NCBI GenBank assembly: GCA_000320545.1
Contig: ADNK01001189.1
Span: 1 to 37,763, forward strand
From: Bigelowiella natans CCMP2755
Lineage: Eukaryota; Protista; Cercozoa
Reading direction: 5' to 3'
DNA length: 37,763 bases
Shown here: one piece after another, positions 25,589 to 36,337 of the stretch
Numbering within the stretch: position 1 is the first letter of the stretch
Layout: each line of letters begins with the position of its first letter
Notes under the pieces: generated by a model
What the model saw: only the letters and a program-made list of their open reading frames with translations
What the model was told of the DNA's origin: nothing
Databases searched by the model: none
Made by a program: the position numbers and the translations under genes

Positions 25589-25685
25589 TCACTGCCCTTG
25601 CCCCACCTCCTTATCCGCGGCTTATCCGCATGCAAAACCCGAAAGGGGTGGGATAGAAGGTGGGAGACGCAATAGGAGCAGATGA
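25589..25685 (-). other. Predicted long stem with a two-hairpin (three-way junction) cap in the 3' UTR of the DEK-C/ARID gene
   Basis: On the minus-strand RNA, CCCACCUUCUAUCC pairs with GGAUAAGGAGGUGGG (14 bp, 1 bulge, 1 G-U). The stem extends through UUGC/GCAA, CC/GG and CUGC/GCAG and is capped by CCC-UUUC-GGG and GCGG-AUAAG-CCGC. Paired by eye only. Confidence 0.4.
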
Positions 25686-25734
25686 GGAGAGTTATATGTT
25701 GCTACAGCAGTTGAGAGAACGTATTGGTGAATGA

Positions 25735-26032
25735 TCACGCATGCGCCGACGTTGGATTAACGGCTGATGTGCGTCCCTGGCTACCACCAAAGGCGGACTG
25801 TCGTGTAGATGGTTGATGTTGTTGTTGTTGTTGTTGTTGTTGGTACTGTTGCCGACGGATGCCTGATACGTTGTTCGTCGTCCCAGTATTTGCCTTACTA
25901 ATGTTGCTGCCGCTTCCAGCCCCTCCTCCCGTACTGCTGCCACCGGAGATGCTGCTCGTAGATCGAGTGCTGAAGTCCCTCATTGTGAAGCCCTGCACGT
26001 CGCCTGCGAACCTAATGTTGTGTTTTAGCATG

Positions 26033-26070
<38 letters not shown>

Positions 26071-26102
26071 CATATATATGTGCATGAGTATATTTGCGCG
26101 CG

Positions 26103-26149
<47 letters not shown>

Positions 26150-26668
26150 GTCTCTCTGTGCGTGTGTGTGCTTGTATAAGCATGATATGACATAATTGCA
26201 CAGTTTCCCCCTTTAAAGTGATCGGGTGGCGTAGTCTCCACCCAGCAGGCAGATCTATCCCAACATCGCTTGCTAACTATGTACTCACGAGTGTGACTAC
26301 GTGGTGCTGCTACTACTACCGCTGCGCCCAGAGGAGATTCATAGACTGTGCGATCGTGTCGTTCCTGCTCTGGTAGTCGCTGGTTGGTTCCATGCAAAGG
26401 AAAAGGGGGACGGCAGCAAACCAGCAAACAAACAGACAAATGTGCCAACATAAGTCTCAGGCGCAATCGTTTCCAACCGCCAGCAATTAAATTTGTCGCA
26501 GGCCATTCATTCATCCAATCGATCTTACTCTTGCAGCGCCGAGAGGGATTTTTTAATATTATCGTGAGTTGTGGTGACGTTGCCCTCCACAGCACTCAGG
26601 CGACTCCTGATGATGGTTCGAAATATAATGCGAGGGTATGAGAGAAAGTAGAGGGGGGGGGGAGATAG

Positions 26669-26702
<34 letters not shown>

Positions 26703-27011
26703 AATCTGGATTTTTATGAAAGCTCTTACTTGATGGATTGTAGCTTGCTGTTCAGTCTAGCGTGCACTCGGTCGATTCCCTGCATCAAGGTCCGCTACAA
26801 TAATGTACAGAAAGAAGAGGCAGAAGGAGGAGAAGAGGAGGGGGGAATAGGAGATCATAGCAGCAGGATGGTGAGCGCATCAAACCTCCATCAATATCAT
26901 TGTCACCCTCATTATCATTGGCATCATCAATGTCGTCATTGCTTATTGCTGTCTTCGTTTCAGACCACCTCAAAGTTTCCCAGGCTATTTGAAAGCAATG
27001 TACGGATCTAA

Positions 27012-27091
<80 letters not shown>

Positions 27092-27638
27092 AGAATTGTT
27101 ACACCAGAATGCTGCAGATTACATACCAGAAAAGGCCAAGTCAAGAGAATAGAATAGGGAGGAAGCAGGAGGGGGAGGGGGAGGGATGGATAGAAACTTC
27201 TGCACACAAACCCCAACTTCAGGATTAATAGTGTGGTATCTCCCCCCTCCCTTCCACGTCATCACCTCCTCGTTATGCTGTGGTGTCAGTCCTGAAATAC
27301 TTTGTGAAAAGACGTCCAAACTTATTTTTGCGGGAAGAGAGGCTGCTGCTGAGACTCTATGCGTTGTTCTTCCTCCCTTGTCCTTTCCCATCTCCTCCTT
27401 CTCCCTCCCCTCCTCCTCCCCCTTTTCCGCCTGCTGCTGCTGCTGTAGTGCACTTTCAGATCTTATTGCCTTGACGATCATGTTTAATGAATTGACTGTG
27501 GTTTCTCCTGTTGACGACACTGATGCTGCGTTTTCTACCCCATGGCGCTGCTCGTAGTTAAGGATGTACGTGCGATAAAGCCTTTGTATTTCCATAGAAC
27601 CTCGGATCATCTCGGCCTGAGAAGATGGCAACATTATA

Positions 27639-27685
<47 letters not shown>

Positions 27686-27758
27686 AGCACAGGCATGCAC
27701 ACGCATAGAAGCAGACCATGTAAGAAAGAAGAAAGACGGAACTTGGATCTCTCCATCT

Positions 27759-27830
<72 letters not shown>

Positions 27831-28021
27831 AGTGCGTGAGAGAGAAAGAGAGAGGGAGAAAGAGGGAGAGGAAGGGAGAGAGGGAGGGAGAGAGAGAGAA
27901 TACGTTACTTGAGAAATTTCCTTGTAGTTTACTCCTCCTCCTCCCTCTCCTCCTCTATCCCTTCTGATCATGTGTTTGTAGATTCCGCTCCAAAGTTGGC
28001 TGCTTACCTACAGCCCCCCCA

Positions 28022-28060
<39 letters not shown>

Positions 28061-28088
28061 CACATGCACGAAGACAATCACACATGTG

Positions 28089-28144
<56 letters not shown>

Positions 28145-29772
28145 TGTGTGCGTGATTTGTATAATCGACTCTCTGTGATCGGTCTAAGCCAAAGCGCAGA
28201 CTTGTCCTACCAATCCGTAATGAAAGTGCGATGTCGCACGCTATCACCTTGGAGTATCCTCCAAACTGCTGCACAACCTTATACAGCAGGTACAGGTCAA
28301 TACTCGCATTTCCTAGCTTCGGGTATTGAGGTAAGCGGGTAGATCCTCGTTGCCTTTACGTTCATGGAGGATGAGAAAGGCGGTTGGGAGGGGTAAACAA
28401 CAACAGGTAAGCAGAGAATTTCCGCAGTAAAAGAATGGCGAACGTTCCGCTCCTATACTGTCATAGTGAAATAACTCTGTTACTGCTACGACTTTTCCTT
28501 ACACTTGAAGAGCCGAGATCAGCGTTCTGTAAAAGCGGCAGCGCGGCATGTCTTCCAAGAACTCCATCGGTAGGCCAGGCCTTCGTCATTACATCATCGT
28601 ATCATCTTCATCGTCATCGCCGTTAGTCATTATGGTCACCATCACACCGCCACCATCATTTTCACCATAGAAACAGGGCAAATATCAGATCAATAGCCTG
28701 ACTATCATCATCACAACAATTATCATCATCATCATCATCACCAACATGCTAGCATGCCGTTGTCACGAAAAAACAATACAAGCGCGATCATATTCTACAA
28801 GGGAACTATCTCTATTACTTACCAATTAATGATGATAGGGGCCATTAGGTTCTTAGAAGGTCGTGCGGCCTTCTGCGATTTCCGGCTGCTAGTACTACTT
28901 CCCACAACCTCCATGGTGGATGGTCGTGGGCGTTTGGCTCTTGCTGTACCGCTATCCCTCGCGGCAGTATCTCGATTACCATGACTAGCTGTCTTTGACT
29001 GTAATCGACTGCTTGAGTCTGGCATCTTTGCTTCACCTGCCGCACCTGCCGAGATGTATTTTCTTTGGTTGAGCGGCGATCAAGAATTCTCATTCTGGTC
29101 AGATTTATGAACGAAAAGAGGGCGCGACATAAGAGGGCGCGAAGAGGGAAAGAAGAGAACCTTTGGCTGGAGGACTCTGCGCGCGATTGCTAGCTGGAGG
29201 TTGTTTCAGCGAGGAGGATGAAGATGCAGCATGGAGAGTTGGAATCGGCGCCGGCTTCGTTTTCAGTGTTATATCCGATTCCAGTGCACCGACTTGTTGG
29301 GTTTGACTGCGAGGCACCGGCGTTGACGCTATTGTGCTGTGTGAGGACAAACCCGGTCGCTTGGTGGGCGCACGCAGGCCCTTCTTTCTTCTCGCAGACT
29401 TGACAAATTCGCCGATTGTCGCTTTGATGAAGTCTTTCCTGTGCCGCAAAGACCTAGGAAGACAGGATAACGGAGAGGGTGGGAATTATGAAGTAATGAG
29501 GGAAGCACGTTTGTATCTAAAGCTAATTTACATCCGCCTTCCCCGAAGAAGAACAAGAGAGCAAGGTGCTCCTCCCGCTCTCTACATCCCGCTGTCATCT
29601 ACATGCGAGTGAGTACTGACCTCCCGAAATTCTCTTCCAGCTGCGCGGTAACCTTCTTCCGCGTCACCACCCTGAGGTCTGAAGTCCTAAGGATCTGATG
29701 AATGGCATTGGAGAGCGTCCCATCTGAGAGGGGCGGTGGAGACACCCCAGAGGATGGGGCTGGGTTGCTCAT
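25735..29772 (-). CDS. Chromatin protein with N-terminal DEK-C domain, central ARID/BRIGHT domain and C-terminal coiled-coil-like region
   Basis: DEK-C: LSDGTLSNAIHQILRTSDLRVVTRKKVTAQLEENFGR|SLRHRKDFIKATIGEFV. ARID: RCRFYRTLISALQV|QRGSTRLPQYPKLGNASIDLYLLYKVVQQFGGYSK|VSSQLWSGIYKHM..EIQRLYRTYILNYEQ. Then heptad-like RTLMQGIDRVHARLNSKLQSIKSRLSAVEGNV and a Q/S-rich tail to TGA at 25735. About 12 GT-AG exons in phase. Confidence 0.85.
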
Positions 29773-29948
29773 TCGTGCGAGTAATTTATCGCGTGTGTTC
29801 GGGAAGGGGGGAAATTATTCGAATTGTTACGCGACAAGGGAACATTCGTGTCGTACCATAATTTAGACCTTGGCCACCCACAGCGGCTACAGGAAAGGAA
29901 CTACCGCTGATCCTATCGGGATGAAAGAAGAAAATACCACCCTCAAGC
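29773..29948. promoter_or_regulatory. Very short divergent promoter region between the DEK-C/ARID gene and the GNAT gene
   Basis: 176 bp between outward-facing ATGs (317 bp if the GNAT starts at 30090). Confidence 0.5.
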
Positions 29949-31331
29949 ATGCCGCTTATGAAAATTCCCCTGCGCGAGGATGAACGGCGGATTAGAATGG
30001 GAACTAATGGTCTTAAAAAAATCGAATACGAGCGTGGCGATGTTCTCCTGCTTCGAAAACTGACCGAGCCTCAGCATCCATCGTCGGGAATGGGCGTCAC
30101 TCTGCGCCACAGGTCCCTCCCGTACTTTATTTCGGTCGGCTGTGTCGTCGCCCTTGCGCTGGCACGGCATTTCCGATCCCTCTGGAAGCACGCAACCCTC
30201 GCCAAGAGTTTCAGGGTAGATCAACGAACAGGAAAAGCAAGCGCGGTTGCCACCAAAGTATGCAGGGTTACCAAAAGACACTACAGGGACATACTAGAGC
30301 TGGCTCGCCACACCTACAACGGGGAGGACTACATTCATGAGGCCTTCGACAAATGGACGGATTCTTCCGGAAAGAACTACTTCGTGGGCATTGAGGTGCA
30401 CTTTCGTTTCTTATCGTGAGAAGTTGTCGTCGCCGTACCACAGCGCCACTGCTGTCTAGCCTCCTAGGCACCTATCTCTTGTGATTTCTTGCCTGTTTCG
30501 AAAGGGAGAACATGGAGAAATCGTTGCCTGTGAGAATCTAGCAGCCCTGGACCAGGGCAAGACTGCCTGGATGGAAGGTCTTCGTGTCCACCCCGATTAC
30601 AGGTACCAAGTCAGTAATAATACTTTCTGAAGTTTTGCTAGAATGACCTCGTTTCGTCCCTAATTGAGAATGAGACTGCTCTGTCACCATTATACCACCT
30701 CCCCCTCCTCCTGCCTACCTACTCACCTACCTATCTACCTGTCTGCCTACATCAGGGGGAAGGGGCTTGCGAGTCAGCTGGAGGGCCATCTCGTTCGTTA
30801 TGCGGAAGGAACTGGGAAAGGAGTGGAGCATGGGGGGAGCGGAGGGGTTAGTAAAGACTCCCTTCCTTCTGTAAGAAGTCCCAGGTTTCAGCGGATACGA
30901 CTAACCACGACTATGAGGAACGTGGCATCCTGCTATCTTGCGGAGAAGTTCGGACTGAAACCTGTAAATAGTTGGGCTTATCACTTCTTAGATCGCACTG
31001 GCGTGAGGGAAGCTCTGCAGAATTTCACGCGCATCATGTCGAAGCTAAAGCAGGAGCAGCAAGAAGAGCAGAGTCTAGAAAAAGTGGCCGCAACAAACGA
31101 TCATCCGGCTCTGTCCTACTCTGTTGCCGAGGCCGATGTTACCTCGTTTGGAAAGATAACGCAGGATTCGACGCTATTATTAGACTGGAAGGTGGCAGAG
31201 GCGGGCCCTGAGTTTGAGAGGACATTTGTTGAGGATAGGAAGGGTGGGAGATTGAGATTCTTTGTTGCAACAGCTGATGTTGCGAGCAACTTACGGTAGT
31301 TACGCCGCCGATATTGTTAGCTGGTGCAAAA

Positions 31332-31395
<64 letters not shown>

Positions 31396-31435
31396 AACAT
31401 TTATAAATCAATATAATGTGTGTGTATATAAATAT

Positions 31436-31483
<48 letters not shown>

Positions 31484-32459
31484 TATATAAAGACTATTGC
31501 ATATTCTGTACACTCTGCAGAGAATCCCCTCATCAGCTCCTTGGTTACTCCGTCGGAAGAACCAGACCCTCTATCTCAACACATGAAGAACATCAGGTTG
31601 TTCGTCGTACTTGAAAGCAAAGAGAATTTCCCTTAATCTATATTCGCTGCTATTTTGTATACTTCGTCGCTTATTCGCCCTTGCTCGTATCCTATGCTTA
31701 CCATACTTCACTCTCTTACGACGAAACTTCTGGAGGATATGTTCATAACAATTTTGATATAATATGACGCATTAATATATTATCCGTATACACGATGCTG
31801 TAGGGTTCTTCGATTCGATGTGCTACGATTTGTATGAAGTCTACGCATGCGGCAGCTACTTTGAAGCTTATCCAGGTCGGTTACTGTAAAGGACAGATTT
31901 CGCCTTGCGCGTCATCATACGTTTGAAATTAAGAGACCTTGTAATCTTTCTAGCGAGAAATATTCACTTATCGTGCGCAAAGAACAAGCACAGCCTCTGA
32001 GAACATTTGTTCTTGAACGATGAGAGATAGCATTGGGAAGAAATTTGAGGGGCGAGATAGACCGACAGAGAGAGAAGGATAGAGAGCAAGAGAGGTAGAA
32101 TATGTTGACGTGTACATTTTTCTTAAAACTAGAAACTCAGTAAATGTGGAAATCAATTGCTGTGTTGTCATAGAACGAACTTAAAATTGCTTTGGAACAT
32201 GGGGCCAATACGACGATGATAAATCTGAATGAAATGGCTACAAAAAGCGTTGTTAGATTGGGCGCCTTCCCGATTAAAGGCAAGATTTTGCACCATCCAA
32301 ACTGCTTGCAATCGTTTTCTATCCCCTCGGACATGTATTAAACATCAATGGCATTCCATGATATTAGTGAGTGGATGTATTATGTCTGCAAAATATACAG
32401 ATCGAGACAGAGTCGTGCTTTATGAGAAAGCGCTGGGTTGCGTGGAAAACCACTCGTAA
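29949..32459 (+). CDS. GNAT N-acetyltransferase, NAT16/histidine N-acetyltransferase-like
   Basis: Spliced TYNGEDYIHEAFDKW..FVGIE|GEHGEIVACENLAALDQGKTAWMEGLRVHPDYR|GKGLASQL (acetyl-CoA motif RGKGLA; YxGxDY and EGLRV are NAT16-like) ..SCYLAEKFGL... 3' exons near 31521-31596, 31804-31875, 32174-32279 and 32401-32459 (RVVLYEKAL..*) are less certain. The true start may be 30090 (MGVTLRHRSLPYFISVGCVVALALA, hydrophobic). Confidence 0.8.
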
Positions 32460-32876
32460 AATAGATATGCCTGAGGTTTTATCATGTCCGTTGTCCTGAT
32501 GAAGGATGTCTATATCTCAATTTTATGGTGGGATTTTCAATGTTGTCTGTTATTGCGCTGCTAGCATATGACATCTATGCAAGCTGGCAGATTTAGTTTT
32601 GCTCGTAAAGACAACTTATTTGCATACCTACATGCATGTTTTTGAATAACTTTAGTGACTGACTAGTCTCCTGCTAATAGCAAAAGATCGATCCCATTTT
32701 TGTCTACCATTCTAGTGTCACGTTACGGGCTGTATTTGAAGACGAAAGATGAGTAGCACGATGGTGCACACATTCGATGCGATCCGTGTAGTAGCATGAT
32801 ATGTCAAATGTGAAAATCATTCACGCATGTATGTGGAAATGCAGCCTGCCAAGTGTGTACCTACTGTGCAGTAATA

Positions 32877-33766
32877 AATGTGGATGCAAGCCATCCTGCG
32901 ATGAACGCTTGTGCAATGAGCTAAGGCACAAAGCTGCTAATCTGTGCATCACATCGCGGCATGCTAGCACATGGTTGCGCAACTACAAACAAATTGCATG
33001 AATGCACTTGCACAAACTTCCACCAACTTTTTGCCTAACGTCGTTCAATCACCATGACTTCAGGCTACAAAAGCACGCGCCCAAGTCTGCATCGCACAGG
33101 GAGCCCTGTCAATCTAGCAATGCTGAATGGCACTCGAAACGTCATCAGTTCGAACAACGAGCTTGATGCAGAAATTAGAGACAGGGAACTAGCTTGCTAG
33201 CTAGCTAGCTAGCCCGCCCAGGCTAGCTTCTCGACTTTTTCAGTGCACCATCTCAATGTTGCGATGACGCAGCGAGTGTTGCGGGCCTGCGATGCAAGTT
33301 CACATTCATTGTGTCAACGTGCAAGCAACACAACTCCAATCACAATGCACAGCATGGCTTCTGGAACAATTCCTGAGTTTTTTTGTTTTTTCCCCAAAAA
33401 TTGTCATCATCCACATGCTGATCTTGGCAACTAGCCTTGCACTGAACGGCAAAGAGGCCACCAAACCTTTCCAGCTTTCGCCGCCTCTCGCTCTGTGCTG
33501 CGGTGAATGACCTGCCAAAGTGTGTCAGAAGATGAATTTGCCGGCCATGGCATGTCCAGCACAGAAGCTAGGAAGCCACAATGCACTGACCAGGAAACAG
33601 ACAACCGACTTGCGAGGAATTGCCCGCGGAAATTGTTCGCGCCATGCACGAACAATGAACAATGATGACAAACCACACTTCCAAAGTGTTGCAAGACACT
33701 TGCAGTGTGCGAAACGCAGTGCCTCGAGCTGGCTTCAGTGAAGACATTCCCTTTGGCTAATGTGGG
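32877..33766 (+). pseudogene. Degenerate gene or repeat relic with extreme context-specific TpA loss
   Basis: Intron-acceptor-like sites (ttttcag ~33243, caactag ~33434). The same-frame ORFs 33292-33510 and 33520-33741 are separated by one TGA, lack Tyr and are rich in Cys/His. No family recognised. Confidence 0.4.
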
Positions 33767-33947
33767 TATTTTTAAGAAATCACAAAACTCGATAAAATGA
33801 AGGCTATTTATGGCATGCGCCATTCCCTTTTCCGTGGATCTAGTCTATAACTCGTATCAAAATATCCGGTAATCTAGTCTACATTCCTCGAGACTTCGTG
33901 AGTAACCCCCCTCACCTTCAAATCGGAATTAACACCTAGGAGAGGCG

Positions 33948-34583
33948 ATGACAGAAAAAGCCCCCGACAACTCTAAGGCCGTGCCCGTGTCACAAGACGT
34001 GAATGAAATCCTACCCAATTTTCTCTACCTTGGAAGTAAAAGTGCGGTAAATGAGGATACAGCAAAGGCGTTAAAACTTACAGGCATAGTCAACTGCGCA
34101 GATGAAGTCAAAAAGCCCGATTGGGTTGATGCAAAGGGTCTTAAGTACATCCGATTTCCCTTGGACGACATGGCAAAGGATTGGGAGGAAGTGGAGGCAC
34201 ACTGGAAGAAAGCTATCGAGTTTATTGACGCACAGAAGAAGGCTAATGGGCGGGTTCTAGTTCATTGCGTGAGGGGAGCGAATCGCTCTGCGTCTACAGT
34301 AGTGAGATATTTGATGCACACGGGAAAGGATGGAAAATCTGCCGTAGCGCACGCGAAGAAATGCCGGAAAAAGGTGAGACCATATCCAAATTTTGTAGCC
34401 ATGTTGATTGAGGTTGAGAAGAGGCTCGGGAAGGATAAAGGGAAGGCAACGCTCGATCTTCTTGAATATAACGTGGATTGGATATGCGAGCTCATTGGCT
34501 CAACAGATCGTCAGAGAGTCAAAACCACATTTTTAGACTGTGACCAAGATAAAAATAGAACAGTACAAATGCTGCTTGGGTGA
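33948..34583 (+). CDS. Atypical dual-specificity protein phosphatase (DUSP), single exon, 211 aa
   Basis: EILPNFLYLGS, GIVNCA, general-acid loop FPLDD, catalytic VLVHCVRGANRSASTVVRYLM (HCX5RS) and VRPYPNF; continuous ORF from ATG to TGA. Confidence 0.95.
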   Translation: MTEKAPDNSKAVPVSQDVNEILPNFLYLGSKSAVNEDTAKALKLTGIVNCADEVKKPDWVDAKGLKYIRFPLDDMAKDWEEVEAHWKKAIEFIDAQKKANGRVLVHCVRGANRSASTVVRYLMHTGKDGKSAVAHAKKCRKKVRPYPNFVAMLIEVEKRLGKDKGKATLDLLEYNVDWICELIGSTDRQRVKTTFLDCDQDKNRTVQMLLG

Positions 34584-35034
34584 AATATTTCAGATATTTT
34601 TGAGCATGTAATGAAACCATTGTAAACGCGAGTGCGTGGATTACATGAAGTCAAATGTACAAGTGGGCACATGTGATATGCTCTCGCGGCTGCGATGTAC
34701 ATAATATATGTGTACCAGCATGGCGCCAGCACGGGAGTGCTTGCTTGCAGTATTGTACGTAAGTGTGCGAGCTTTCGTGAGACGGATGTAATATGAAAAG
34801 ATTATTTTTGTTCATTAGTCATCCTAACGCGGTTTGTTTACTTGCTTGGCTTACGCCATACATGTCATCACGCTATGAGATACATGCATTATTATGACTC
34901 ATAATGGGATTTGTGTCACGGTATATTGCTTCATGTGCACATCATCTTTCTAGCTAGCTAGTAGCGACCCCGCTCTTCTTTACACCGAGGAGAATCCAAC
35001 GTCGCGAATTCTCACAATTACGATATCATTTGAA

Positions 35035-35299
35035 CTACTCCTCCATTTTAGCACTGGCAACGATAGTAGTGGCCATGTGCTGTTTGCATCGATCTAGTAT
35101 CGGCTTCCAATCGTCTGTTACAGTAATACCGCCATGACTACTCTCGCTACCGATGCTCGCAAATTGATCTTCGTTGGCGCGCTTCTTGCTGTTTCCTTCA
35201 ATTCCAAATTTGTTGGGCGCTGTTGGTAGTAAAGAAATCCAGGGGTTTGAAAAAGCTGCGAAAATTTCATTGAAGGCAACTCGAGAAGAATAGATCTCG

Positions 35300-35345
<46 letters not shown>

Positions 35346-36290
35346 AAACGCACTCCCTGTGATTCATGAGATAGAACATACTTGTCAGTAGTTTTCGGAG
35401 TGAGCTCCGCCATCCTATCCCCCATCTTTCCATCCGAGCTGAAAAAGTGGTAAACAAAGGTTAGGAGGGGGGAAGGAGAGTTGGGGATAGGAAGTGCAAT
35501 GCGAAAAAATCAACACTTCCTTTTGAGCTTAGACGTCTTGACACGATTCGTGATTCGAGAGGCCTACCTCTTTTTCTTCGCCGTCTCTCCAGCACAAACA
35601 TGCCGCTATTCTTTTTCTCAAGTCCCCCCCCTTCTGATAGACGAAGAGCACACATCTTCAAGGTAAGAACAGAGGAGACTTACTTCCGAATATAAGACCT
35701 TCTCTATGTGCCCCGAGAAGAAACCGCAGGCCCACGTATCGAAAAAGCTCTAAGTTTGCCTTTAAACCAACAAAAATCCTTAGCTAGGCTTATTTTATAT
35801 GCTATGCAACGTGGATGGACACGTACATTCTGTTGTTCAACACATAGAATATTCACTAACCAAGGCCGCCGTCTTTTGGTCACCCAGCTTGGCAATTCCA
35901 GCACCGAAACTCCGCGAACATGTAAGAGCTAAACCCTAAGCAAAACATGGGGGGGGAGGACGAAGAAAACTTATGAAGTTGGGATATGAAGAGGGGAGGG
36001 AGGGGGGGGGGGGGGGGGAGATCATTCGACTGGAACAGAAGCAGAAACGAAGCTAGATTTTACTTCTGGGCTCTATTTAAGAGGGGGGGGACAATTCAAG
36101 TGCAAATCTGAGAAATTACCTGCCGTATGCCAACACCCGCGCAATTTGCGTAGATTGTGTACAGCACACTTACGAGGACAGAGGCGCTGTTTCAGTGCAA
36201 AAGGGTTCCGAATATCGTGGGGGGAAGTGTGAGGGACGTTCGTTAAATATGGAGGCTTCCGGTGTGGTGTACACATTGGTTCATTCCTTG

Positions 36291-36337
<47 letters not shown>

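Noticed and set aside
25540-25740. SECIS, hammerhead ribozyme, TPP/cobalamin riboswitch or SRP identity for the 3' UTR structure
   Set aside because: No correctly placed GA quartet or in-frame Sec context, no CUGANGA core, no CUGAGA TPP motif and no SRP helix-8 consensus.
32877-33766. CpG-methylation decay or classical RIP as the cause of the TG/CA excess
   Set aside because: CpG remains frequent and TpA is depleted rather than enriched, the opposite of both expectations.
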